Shown piece after piece: positions 21,509 to 33,894 of a stretch of 47,771 nt of DNA (within the stretch, counting starts at the first letter, position 1; the number at the start of each line of letters is the position of its first letter). This stretch comes from Craspedostauros australis. Taxonomy: Eukaryota. The position numbers and the translations under genes were made by a program. The notes under the pieces were generated by a model, which made no database searches, was not told where the DNA came from, and saw nothing but the letters and a program-made list of their open reading frames with translations. The stretch covers positions 1-47,771 of the forward strand of contig JALAGF010004960.1 of assembly GCA_030167865.1 (NCBI GenBank), read 5' to 3'.

Positions 21509-23840
21509 CTATTCATCCGATTCGTAATGACTAACCCGGTACAGCAAGCACTTGCCCTTGTCGTTGCCAACCGCGAGGAATCGGCTCTGCGGCGAAAAGT
21601 CCATGCTCCAGACGGCGCCCAACGGCGTCTTGGAGGTTGGCCAGTTGGAGAAGACGGTCTGGGTCGGCACGTGCAGCAAGCGCAGACCGTTCTTTTCGCG
21701 CTGCGTCGACATGGCCAGGATCTGACCATCGTGGCTGAATCGCAACGCATCTGCCTTCGTGCGCAGGTTCATCACGGATCGCAGGCAGTCGCGAGATTTG
21801 TCGAGCTCCGAGTACACGTTCACGACGCCGCTTTCGGCTCCGACCGCCAAGAATCGGTGATTGCAGGCCAAGGACGAGGAGATGGTACCGTCGTTGTTGG
21901 AAAATCGTTCGACGCATCGTCGCGTGTTGATGTCGAAGCTGCGATTGCAGAGGAAGCATTTCAGTTGATGGTGGTCGAACAGTGTGTGAGTTCATGGTTT
22001 GCATCTTGCGGTGGATGAATGAGAGTCGTTCTCTGTCTCTCTCTCTCTCTCTCTGGAACACAGCAAGCCATGCATCATAGATACGAGTGGGATTGCATCA
22101 CAATCCATCCTGTCATCTTGTCATACTCCTACCACGAATCAATGAGCATAGATCCAGATGCCATACCTCCAACACCTCAGCACTCACCGATACACATCAC
22201 CGTCACTTCCGCTTCCCATAATGTACTGCCCATCCGGCGTGAAGGTCAAGGCACGCACGCTGCCATTCATCTTCATGCTGCCGATCCATTGGCGGCTGTG
22301 GGTGTCGACCAGCACGATGTAACCGTCATTTCCCAGAAAGGCAATGAGCTTGCCATCAGGCGAAACGACGTGCTGTTCAAATGATTTCTCCTGGCGTCCC
22401 GTGATGCCCGGGATGTAATCCACCTTGCCGGCAACCGAATCGTAAATGTAAAAGTACGATCGGCGACCGGACAGCACGACGTTGCCCGTGTCACCGAGAA
22501 AGGATGCGGTGTAAATTGGGAGTTTGGGGACTGCAGTCGCAAGTTGGGAACGAGGGGATGTTGTGAGATGTCGTTGGTGTGTAAGTGATAAGTGTGAATG
22601 GTATCGTGTCGTGCTTTCAATCCAGTTCACTCTCCAGCTTCCAGTGCTGTCTTGGGTGGTTGACCGGACCCAACAACAAGTGCACGAAGAAGTGCATGGA
22701 CCAGTGCATGGACAAGTGAATGAACATACACCCAATCCAACAAATAATAGAGAACAGCTTCGCGCATTCACAGCACAATCGGCGCATCATTCCATGGATC
22801 GCAAACACCAACAACGACAACGACATGCACAATCCCGGCTCTCAATGCTCCCCATCATGCCGCAGATGGCACTCACAGTGAATGCCATGAATCTTGACGC
22901 TCTTGTCCTCATTGACGCGAAAGAACCGCAACGTCTTATCCAAGCCCGCCGTCATGACGATGGGATGCTCGGGATTGGAACCAGGATGGAACTGCGTCGA
23001 TCGGATGACCGCGTTGCTGGGCGCATCCAAATTGGCATCGGGACAGCGCACCATCTTGATGATGCTCGATGGCAGCTTGTGCTGCGACGATGCCAGGACA
23101 GGTGCCGACGTCGACACGGCATCAGTCGTGCCGCCGATGCGCGCCCATTCCGTTTTGGCCGATACCTGAGCCGTCTGCTGATACCGCTGTCGCAAACGAT
23201 TTTCAAACTCCTGTCCCGACAACGCCTTGGCTTGCTGTTCATCACGCGATTTTCGAAGCTTGCGCAGGGTGGTTGAGGAGTCGAGGATGTTGACCTTGAG
23301 CTCCTCCTCGTCGTCATCCACCCAGGCTGGCTGGTTGGTGTTCGCGGCGGCATCGTTGGCATCGGCCAAGGCATCGATGATGGCAGTGTTCTTGTTGGCA
23401 GCATCCTTCTTCGACTTGCTCTTGCCCTTCCTCTTTGCGTTCTGCTCTTCCTCGTTGCCGCTGTGCTCCTCTATGTTGTCATGCTGGCCATCATCCGCAT
23501 GATCGTTATCATGGACGCTGTCTTCATCTCCAGATCGATCAATCTCGAATCCTCCCTTGCTGGCAGAGTTGGCATCATATTCGTACCTCTCCACCTTGTC
23601 CTCGATATCATGGTCGTGGCTATCATTGATATCGTTGTTGCCGATATTGCTGCCATTCCCAAAGATCAACGACGTCAACCGCGCCTCCTCCTGATCTTCC
23701 TGGGCCTCCCGCTTGGCGCGCTTCTTGGACACCTTGCGCTTGCGCTCCTTCTTGGGTTCGTTGCCGCTCTTCTCCGCAGCCGCGGTCAACGGCGATTGCA
23801 ACGCATTGTTCTTGCGTGATTTCTTGGCGGATTTCGGCAT
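21509..23840 (-). CDS. UTP18: U3 snoRNA-associated protein 18 (WD40); exons 23840-22877, 22530-22188, 21938-21509 (578 aa)
   Basis: PAWVDDDE, LRKLR, ENRLRQRY, SGRRSYFYIYD, LAVGAESGVVNVY, HVPTQTVFSNWP, LAVGNDKGKCLLY. Canonical splice sites keep the frame. Confidence 0.92.
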
Positions 23841-24363
23841 CGTCCAATTGATGCGATGCGATGCGATGCAATGTAATGTCGTGTACTCTACTGTGCTGCC
23901 CTTCTGGATGCACTCTGGCTGACACAAGACAGGGTTGGACACGGAACAAGTGATGGATGCTGATGGAGATGTGAGCGAAGATGTTTTGTGTTGATGCGGA
24001 ATGGAACGAAGGAAAATGATGCCAATCCACAACTTCTCTGTTTTGCTTGGCGGGAAGACCTGGGGGCACACGGGCGACGGCCGGTCGTTTCTTGTGACAA
24101 GCATGCTCTTGCTGGAACTCATGACAACTCATCGATCTCCAGAGAGCGCCGAAGCCAACGCATCCAACCACCGAGAGGCCATCGAGCCAAGCAGAATAGT
24201 ATGCTATTACAATATTATATTGCAGATACTCTCTCTCCCTTGGCATATGTATACACAGATCCGATTTCAATTATAATACCAAATGTAAACAGAGAGAGAT
24301 TGCTATATTCGGATAACATAATACTGTGTCAACCTGCTGGGCGGATGAGCTACGAGATTGTCA

Positions 24364-27300
24364 TTACTTGCTCTCGCTCTTGGCCTCCACCTTCAAAGCC
24401 AATGGATCATCCCCAAACTTCTCGAGGCACCGACCGATGGCCCACATGGGGAACACGTTGCGGTAGGCGGTGTACGTGATGCCGGTGGAACGATTGAAAA
24501 CGCCCGAGATGCCCTCCTGTGGGAAGTCACCGGAGGGAAGCTGTCGCTTCATGAGGTAATGGACACCACGGCGCACCGCATCGATGTCGTCATATTCAGC
24601 GTAGGACAGGGACAGCAGGGCCCATGCCGTGTTGACGACGCCGCTGCCATCGTCTCCGTAGTCCTTCATGCCATCCTTTGCGTATTCCTTGTCATAGCAG
24701 GACGTGAAGTCCTCGCCCCATCCGCCGTTTGGTCGCTGTTGCTTCACGAGGTACCTGCAGGCCTTCTGGATGCACTCCGAGTTCTTGGGTTCGCCGCATC
24801 GGACCAGACCTTCCACGCCGAACCAAATGCCGTATGTGAAGCAGCACGCCCAGGATCCGTACCATGACCCGTCGGGTCGCTGGACGCTCTTCAGGAATGC
24901 CTTGCCCTTCTCGATGCTGTGGCGGATCTCGCGCGGTCTGTATTCAGGGTAGACATCACGAAAGTCTGCCAATCCGGTCAGCGCGGCCATGCTGCATTCC
25001 ACGTAGGAGTAATCGATCATGATGTCGCCGAAAGCCTCGCTTGGATTCAACTCTTCGTACCATCCCCATCCGCGATTGTTTTCGTACGTCGCCCAACCCC
25101 CGTCTTCGTTCTGGTACGAAAGCAGGATGTTAGCTGCCTTCTCCAACCGGTCCGTCGAAATGTCAATCAACGACTTATTTCCAAGGCATTCCTTGATGGT
25201 CTTGGACTTAAGGAGGCACAGACTTGCCTTCAGACCTTCGGCAGTGCAATCGCTGATGGGCCAACCGTGGGCAGATGTGCTGAAAGGCCAACCACCTTCG
25301 GAGATATGACGGTAGAACTTGTTGCGGAACTCTCCGGTTTCGTATTTGTACGCTGGCGAGGCCTGGGAGACCTCGGTTGACAGGATCTGGGTGCGCTCAA
25401 AGTATTGCCATGCCTTCTTCGAAACCTCGGGAAATTGATCGAGCACTCCGGCTTCGTGCATCGCCTGGATGCAGAACGATGTGTCCCAGCACTGGCTGCC
25501 GTTGTATCCTTGCATCTTCATTCCATCCTCTGCAACCCACAGGTAGTCCTGGCATCTCATCATGTGCTTGACGACTCGTGGATCATCCAAGTTGCCTTCC
25601 GATGCTGTAGATTCGAAACAGATGTTGATGGAATGGCATAGCGCCGTTGAAGTTGATTGGCATTTCAGAAGAGTACAGAGTACAAGTTCAGGAGTGAGAT
25701 AGGGTTGCGCCACGAACAAATGGGAGACGTCCTTTTCGATGAACATGAACTCTCAATACGTAGAGTACGCTTGTCACCATCCAATTGGTCGCCGCATGGC
25801 ACTTTTATGCAAGCACGCACACTTCCACACATATGCATGCATGCACGCAAGAACGTACCATGGAAGATGGAGATCATGTTGAGCACCTTGTTGACGGGTC
25901 CGATGTTGATGTAGTTGGTTTGCAAATCTTCGGCATCCATGTATTCCAGGGAGAAGTCCAATCCGTAGCTGCGAACAAAGTTCTTGAACGGTCGGAAGAT
26001 GAACCAGCTCTCGTACCGCGCCAGGATGTCTTGCACGGTCTTCATGACCCATGGGATGGGGGAATAGTTGTCCATGGGCGCCACCAAATGGCGCGTCTTC
26101 GACCAACGCGTCGTTTCATAGGGCTCCTTGTACAGCTCCTTTCGCAGCTCCGCGATGAGCGGGTCCGTTTCGGCCTTGTCGTAGACGAATCGCGATCCGT
26201 AGAGGTATCCCATGGGGAGGTAGACCATGCGTGCGTGGCACCACATGCGACCTGGATGGAATGGGAACCAGTTGGGGAGCATCCACATCTCGGGTGGCAC
26301 GCTGTTGTGTCCCTCCCACTCCATGCAGCCCAGGAGGCAGAGGTAAAACTTGCACCACGATGCTGTCATCACCGCGCCGCCATTCTCGAGCAGGAAGGCT
26401 CGGCCCGCGACGCTGGCCGCATGATCTGCAGGTGTCCCGAGCAATCGAAGCGCGACGTACATCAAGGTGGATCCGAACATGGTGGATGGGGATTCCAGAT
26501 GTGTTCCCCAACCACCGTCCGATTGCTGGTGGCACAGGATGTAGTGCTTCATCAACCGAGCCTGCTTTGAATTGATGATGCCCTTTGGCTTGCCCATGAC
26601 GTACCAAGCGACGATGAGACCGGGCATGAGGAAGTGAGGACCGCCGTAGTCACCGCCCCAGTGTCCGTCTTCGGTCTGAAGCATGCTGTAAAAGTGCGCT
26701 CCCTTCTTCATGGCTTCACGTGGTGTTTTGGGCGCTTCGTCCAACGACGGTGTCTCCTCGCCCGAATCCATGTAGGCACGAATCTGCTTGGCACGGAAGA
26801 TCATGTCGCAGCTGTTGGGATTGGCGCTCGGGTTGAAACCGAAGTAATCACGCCCACCCTGAGCCAGCTTGCGCGCCTTCTTTTCCTTCTCGTCAAGACC
26901 ATCCTCAGATTCTCCTTCGTCTCTTGCACCCGATCCAAAACCGAAGATCTCGCCGAGGAAGGATGACTGCTTCTTGAGAGGCACGTTCGGCTTCTCGACC
27001 TTGACCATGTCGCTGGATTGGTTGGAGTCAGTGTCAGGATCTTTGACGTTCGTGGTGGACCGCGGCGCAGTCGTCCAGATCTGGCGACCGCATGGCTCAC
27101 CGGAGAGGGGAGTGAATGCATCGGCGGAGGCGAATTTGGCGTGTGTGACATTGTGCGAATCCTGCGCAACAGCACAGCGCCACTTGGCGATCGTTCTGTT
27201 GCTCAACTCCCGGACTCCATCCTTCCAGTGCGGCTTGCGTTGAATCTTGTGCGGACGAGGGCCTCCGGGAAGGGAGACGCCTGGCAGGACGTGGTGGAAG

Positions 27301-27986
27301 TGATTCATGACAGAGAAGTATGTGGCGCAGGCTGCGACGAGGCAGGGGAGGGTGATGGCTGGGAAGCCATTGATGCATGCCTCGTCGGTGTCATCGATGC
27401 CAGAAAAGGCCGAGAGCGCTGTCGCAGTCACGACGATGGTGACGACCCATACGATGAGCAACGTGGCGACGTGGATGACGAAACGAACGGGAGGCGCAAA
27501 GGCACCAAGGATGGCGTCATATCCTGCAGTGCCGATGGCCTCGTTGTAGTAGGAGCTCAACCACTGCTCCAGGTTGCTTCCACTGGAACGCTTACCTGCG
27601 TTCGTAATGATGGGGATTCACACGATGAATGAATGAGTGAGCGAATGAATAGATGATGAAAGATGAGAAGGATGAGACACAAGTGCGGAAAGGGAAACGA
27701 AAGTCAAGCAGCCTGTCAATTCTGGTATTCTACGTTCTTGAACAATCTCTCCAAACTCAATGCTCCAACTCCACTCCACTCCACTCCACTCATGTCATCT
27801 CATCTCCAACTCCTCTCTTCGCTATTCCATGGTTATGGCAAGAGCAGGACGCGAATGACACTCACCCAGCTGCTCGATGGGTGTCGCAGATGTGAAGATC
27901 GCCGATGCGAGGACGGCAGCCAGAAGCGCAGCCGCCACCGCCAGGATCGTCTCAGCATCACCGAGGTTGCTGACGGAGCAGACCAT
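24364..27986 (-). CDS. CAS1: Oxidosqualene cyclase, cycloartenol-synthase type; exons 27986-27866, 27595-25859, 25604-24364 (1032 aa)
   Basis: DCTAE catalytic motif, QW repeats (QTEDGHW, QQSDGGWG, QNEDGGW, QRPDGSW, QRPNGGW), MWCHAR. MQGYNG and HGWPISD carry the Tyr/His/Ile triad diagnostic of cycloartenol rather than lanosterol synthases. Confidence 0.93.
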
Positions 27987-28017
27987 GCTTGGAATCGTTA
28001 TCAAGGTGCAGAACCAA

Positions 28018-28053
28018 GTCTGCACTGTCTGCACTGTCTGCACTGTCTGCACT
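28018..28053. repeat. (GTCTGCACT)x4 perfect tandem repeat just upstream of the OSC start codon
   Basis: Read directly from the sequence. Confidence 0.9.
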
Positions 28054-28698
28054 AGTTGCTATTGCTTTCTTGCCTCTGTGCCTTGCTGTCTCTTGGTGCT
28101 TGCGTCACAAGATCTGAGATGACTTGATCAAAGATGAGCGGATCTTGTTCAGTGGAGCAGAAGCAGACTGCAATGCCGTGCAATACGATCTCCTCTTCTC
28201 TCCTCAATTCACGTACACACTCTCTCTCTCTTTCTCCCAATGATCTTCAGGATCGCGACCGGGTCGTTGCAGTTGCGTCCGACAGTCGCATCCGTTTTGT
28301 GTGGACTTCCACCTTGTTTCCTCGCAGCGCTTTGCGCGTGGTTGTTTGGGTTCGTTGTTCGTCTCTTCTTTCTTGGTTGGCGCGCCGAATCAATTCTCAA
28401 CTGTTCTCCTTCCACGTTCTTTCGCCATCGACTTTGGCGTTTGAACATGTGTGTCGCGCAACAACACGGTTCATTCATAGTTCAATTCGACCAATTCGAC
28501 CAATTCATCACTTTGTTCACGTTTCGCCATCCAAAGAGATAGCTCCTCCGTGAAATCCCAGTATTCGAAACCCGTCAAAAATATGGACAATAATTGTCAC
28601 CTTGTATCGGTGGCAAATTGGAATAGGGTTTGCAACATTCGACACAAGCCAACCTCGTCGATGTCCAACGAGAACACGACGCTGTCTCAAATGCAACG

Positions 28699-30676
28699 AT
28701 GCCATCTCCATCTCCATCTCACACGACAACGACAAAGAACGATCCCACTCCACCAGCAGAGCGATCAAGAAGGCGGAACAGACGCGCGGTTGAGATGGAT
28801 CAGCACCCAAACGAGGCGTTGCTCAGTGCGCAGCAGCGTCAACAGCTCAGTGAGATTCGTGCGTTCTTTCAGGACAAGGCCATCGTCACCTTCGGTGGTA
28901 CGTACACGGCCGAAAGCCGACATCCGCACCGCGAACGGTTCCACGATGATCGTGAACAAGAATTGAGACGATCGCAGCAGCCGGCATGCGTCGAACAGCG
29001 CCTTGACAATCACCCGGAGGCCATCGCCGAGATGAATCAAGTCATCGCATTGTCCATGGCGCGGTATCCCGGAGGCGACAGCGAACGTGTGGCGAGCGAC
29101 CTTCGCAAGGAGTACATGGCGTGGTTCGACACAGAAAAGGCCAAGCATGACGCTCAGGCGGACGAGAATCGCAAGGTCCTGGCGCAGCAAGTGGCCCGCA
29201 TGATGAATCCCTACGATCCCAATTGGCCGAGGCGAACATGCGCGGCTGTCGCTCCTGAGCCACAACGCGAACATGAGCGTGAACCGGAATATTCCTCCTT
29301 TGTGCGATTCAACGAGGACGCGATGGCGGTGACGGAAGATCTCACAACGACCGTCAAGTTCTTCGCGGTTTCCGCTCTCATACAGGCTGCATCGAGAGCC
29401 GATCGAGAACAGGATGCAGTCACCACGAGGCACAAGCCGCAGAGGGAAAGCAGGAGGCAACACTTGTCCACCAACAGCAATGCCAGCGGCAACGGAAATG
29501 GTAGCAGCAGCAACCGAAGAACCACAAGGGCCGACGCATCCGCCAAGAGGTCGTCGTCATCATCCAAACGCAAGCTGCAGTCGGACGACGCGTATCCTTT
29601 GCAGCACAGGCGAGCCACGAAGTTCGCCAGGAAGTCCTCGTCGTCTGCGGCTGCAGCGGCGGCGGCGCCTTTCCGGAATGGACTGCATGACGACGCATGG
29701 GAACGGGATGCTTCGCTGTCGCCGAATTCGAGGAACTCGGAGGGCAGACGATCGCACACAGACGATGAGTGGCATCTGATCCAGCGCAGGCCATCCACCA
29801 AGTCGGATAAGTCCGACGTCTTCTCCACCAGACTCCGTTCCTCCAAGTCGCACGATCAGAGCATTGTCCCGGATCATGTGAATTCATGGGACGCAGTCCA
29901 CACTTCGACACTCAAACGGGCGCGGCGGGACCGTGGGGATCATCACCCACGTCACGGACGCCGAAGTCCGTCAGAGATGTCCCACGCCACGAACAGCTCC
30001 TACAGCACCTACGACTCCAACGACCGCCATCAAATGTATGCTCGCACAACCAACAGCGGCGTCACCATCACATCCAAGACGGCCATCATCACTCTCAAGA
30101 AGTGCCATCATTGCAAGCAAATGAAGACCGATCACGTCAAGTGCTCCTACCTGCAGCCCACAGGCAAGAGCTGCTACAAGTGGTTCTGCTTCATATGTCT
30201 CGCGGAAGTCTACAAAATGAACACCTCCAAGATCATAAAGAGCGAATGGCAGTAAGTCGTTTGGAGGAATTGCTCAGTCTGGGATGGTCTCTGCTCCTTT
30301 GATTCAATCGGTGGTTGTATTGCTGCTGCGAACGCCTGGCTGATATTGCCCGCAATTCATACCTTGAGACTTGTGGACGTCGTTGGACAACGGCTTGCTC
30401 ACCCATCCACTTGCTCATCCATCTCCCACCCTCGCTTCCTGCTTGCCTCGCCGCGCCTATGGCTTTCCTCATTCTTTCCTTGATTCTGGTATTCACAAAC
30501 ACCTCACGTCTCGACAATCCAGCTGCCCATGCTGTCTTGGCAATTGCCTGGCTGCACCATGCGTTAAGAGCCGAGAGCGGGAGAAGAAACGGAACATGAA
30601 GCTCAAGGATTCTGGCGCCAGGCCACGATCACGCCGATCTGTATCCCTGCGTTCCTCCAATCTCGATTTCGTCTAG
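28699..30676 (+). CDS. Low-complexity protein with C-terminal zf-4CXXC_R1-like zinc finger; exons ~28699-30251 and 30523-30676
   Basis: CHHCKQ...C......C...FCFICL...Y...W|HCPCCLGNCLAAPC. A GTAAGT...CAG intron (30252-30522) completes the finger. Start codon uncertain (28699 or 28795). Confidence 0.7.
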
Positions 30677-31089
30677 AACAGGGCATTAGGCGATCAAACA
30701 CTTGAATCTACAAACATTTCAGCAGGCTGGAGCGCAAAATCATGTGTGGCTGAAACATGACGCAAGCAAAGACGGCATCGCCCGGTGCATACGATGATGT
30801 AGCTACAAGTATGATAAATCACTGTGCTACTCGTCTCTATTCAATTTGGTATGGGTGATTTGGTATGGTTGTGCTTGCAAGGATGATTCCGTGTCAAAAA
30901 ACATGTCAACCTTTCCTGCCCGACAAAGATTGATGATATCGTAACATGCACAGTACCATAACCATTTCCACGAATGATGAGTGCGCTTCATCATGTGCTC
31001 TTCATTGTGCGGATTGAGTTCATTCCGATCGCATCTATACATGTCGAACGCCTTCGTATCCGTGCTCGTAGGACATGCCACCTTGTCCT

Positions 31090-32000
31090 CATCACCGAAG
31101 ATCGGTGCAGCCACTGATTCGTTTGTTCGGCAAGATGTCATGAAAGTACACAGCAATCTCACCGTGGCCATTTTCGACGGTGACATCCAATGGCGTCTTC
31201 CCATTCGCGTTCTTCGTCTCCAAAGAAGCCATGTCGCGTCTGGAGTGGATCAAGAATTGTAGCATGTGCAGGTGTCCGGCCTCACATGCTTTGTCCACAG
31301 GTGTGTCGCCATCAATATCTCTGATTCGGTGAGCCGCTTCACCATGTGGAGATAACCCCTGTGGCATAAATGATGCATGAGTGCATCGCCCTTGTTGTTC
31401 TGCAGCTCTGACACAGTCTGGGCTGCCTTGATCAAGCGATCGATGGCATCTCCATTCTTCATCATACGAACGTTGTTGAAGTTCATGTTTGGCACAAGCT
31501 CGGCTTTGATGTGTTGGAAGACATTGGTGAGCCTTGTCACATGATCAGCAACACAGTCGGCGTGATGTTCCGCTTCGCAGAGTTCGAGCATTGTGTTGCC
31601 ATCGTTGTTCTGGACAGCAACATCGGCATGAACTTGATCGGATTAACACAATGCTTGGAGTTCGCTTGAGTCGTCGTCTTGAGATACTATGTGCAGTGCC
31701 GTATAGCCGTCCTTGTTCTGAATGCTGACATCAATCTGTACCACATCTGATTCGACCAAGTCTCTCACGTAACTTCGATACGAGCACGCAAGATGGAGTG
31801 GCGCATTGCCATGGTTGCTTCTGAAATGTGGCATCAAAAGTCTGATTGTTCAGGTGGTGCTGATGGAACGCGGTGAATGCGTCGCCGTCAGGGTTTTGGC
31901 AAGGCGACATGAAGCATCGTGTCACCATCGTTGTGTTTCATGTTCATGTAGATAATGTTGAAGTGGTGACAGAGTAAATCATGCATTGCATTGTCGCATC
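31090..32000 (-). pseudogene. Frameshifted ankyrin-repeat pseudogene
   Basis: Ankyrin motifs are spread over different frames with stops: NDGDTMLHVA, NHGNAPLHLAC, NKDGYTALHI, NNKGDALMH, DGDTPVDKACEAGHLHMLQFLI, NANGKTPLD. Confidence 0.75.
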
Positions 32001-32568
32001 CTTGAAGCGTTGATGTGATGGAGTATGAGCAGAGACGGTGTTGACCGGGAGAGGGTGACGAGGGAGAGAGGCGATGATCTTCTTGACCGTTGCGTTGGAT
32101 GTGACGACGATGCACTCGCAACGGATGTGTTGCTGGGGTCGATGCAGACCCTTGTTGCATGCAACCAACGTGTGGCGCAGATCGTGGCCCAACTGTCTCT
32201 TCGTTTCGCTTCTCAACTTTAGCAAATGATCATTCTTCACTGTTCCTCTGCGATCTGATTGGTCAAACGAATCGATGCGTTGAAGTCCTCCAGTGTTTCC
32301 TAATCTAGCTTACCTGCCACAGTCTACATCAAGGCCCGATTCTGTTGGGCGAAAACTGACACCATCTCACACCAACCAACCAATTCCGCAACTTCCGACC
32401 ATCAACTCCACAGAAAATGCATCACAGATACACGAGCACCACATCATCCACACATCTCGCACAATCAAGTACCATAGAGATGCACAACAACAACACTCTG
32501 CCATACTCGCACTCTACTCTACTATTATATTATATAACATTATACATACTATTCCCAACAGATCAAAG

Positions 32569-33081
32569 ATGAATCCACTCCTTCCACTGTTGTTCTGGGC
32601 GCTGGCCGCATCCAAGAGCGGCTCCATCAAACCAACCACATGGTTCATCGACGGCAACAACCTGCTGGCGCAAAAGGGCACGACACGGGATCCCGACGTC
32701 CTGGCCGATCGTTTGAAGCCGATCAAGGCCCGCGGTGCCGAGACAGTCTGCCTGGTGTTCGATGGCAAGAAGGGACGAGCGGAATCGGAGGACGTTGTCG
32801 AGGAGAACTTCCGCGTCGTCAAGCTCGCCGAAGGCATCACGAGCGACGATTTCATCCTGCAGGAAATTGAGCAGATCACGGCATCCTCCAAGGTGGATCG
32901 CATTCAGGTGGTGACGGCGGATCGGGGATTGCGGCGGTTGGCGTTGGCGTACCGACCCAACGTGAAGAGCGTGGTGAATCCGCTGACGTTTTACAAGAAG
33001 TACATCCCACGCATGGCAGGACTGAAGAAACCAGCTGTGAACCCAAGCGATGCCAAAGACAGTGCGGCCTCCGCCGAGTAA
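32569..33081 (+). CDS. NYN/PIN-fold protein, YacP(Rae1)-like, with hydrophobic N-terminus
   Basis: WFIDGNNLL, LVFDG, SDDFI and VVTADRGL keep the acidic PIN/NYN residues. N-terminus MNPLLPLLFWALAAS. Confidence 0.8.
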   Translation: MNPLLPLLFWALAASKSGSIKPTTWFIDGNNLLAQKGTTRDPDVLADRLKPIKARGAETVCLVFDGKKGRAESEDVVEENFRVVKLAEGITSDDFILQEIEQITASSKVDRIQVVTADRGLRRLALAYRPNVKSVVNPLTFYKKYIPRMAGLKKPAVNPSDAKDSAASAE

Positions 33082-33894
33082 GGTTGTTGTTGGTTCACCC
33101 TGCACATCTCATTGTGTCATGTGATGCGATGCTATACAATGCCATACGATCTACATGATGCAATCGGATGCTCTGAACGACTCGCACAACGAGTGAACGA
33201 ATGAAGGAATGAGAAAGGTGACGATGGGGAAGAAGGCAAGATCTCGATCTGCAATGAGTCTCCGTGCAGCGCCGACACGCAAAAAGGCCTTGATCGGCAG
33301 CGACAAGAGCCCCCCCCCTGCGATGATGGAAATGATCACAAGGAATCGCTGTTCTCGGTGACTACGGTATCTGCTGGAGGAATAGTCGTGGAATGGAGTA
33401 CTCTATTCTACTCCATGACTATTGCTCGTACATACTCCTCTGCCATGCCATGCCAAGTGACAAGCGAAACGGTTCGGCGCTGATTCCCCGAAGCGATGGC
33501 ACCCCCACCTTCACAGCTCCTAACATCGCGTGATTATCAGGCTCAACAACAGCGGCAGGTAGCAAGGAGAGTATCATAGATAGCTCGTAACGCAACGCAA
33601 CGCATACTTCTTCAACTATAATAGCACGGCATGTATACAGCCAAAGTAAGACCACAGCAGTAATGCAGTAAATAGAGTTCTACAGATCATATTCTCTCTG
33701 GAGGAGTATGGTACTCTGTTCAGAAAACAGAGCAGATGAAAAAGGATCTTGATTTCACAAATTAATTCGGCACGTTCGGTTGATGGAATGCAAAGTCATC
33801 CGAGAATTGGCACCTGCCGAGACATCCAAAATAGGACAGATAGCGATTGGGAACCGACTGTCGCCATTGCAATCAAACCACGAAGGAACATAAC

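Noticed and set aside
14981-27986. Sterol/terpene biosynthetic gene cluster around the oxidosqualene cyclase
   Set aside because: Neighbours are unrelated housekeeping genes (UTP18, RPS25, SSADH). No P450, methyltransferase or reductase is present.
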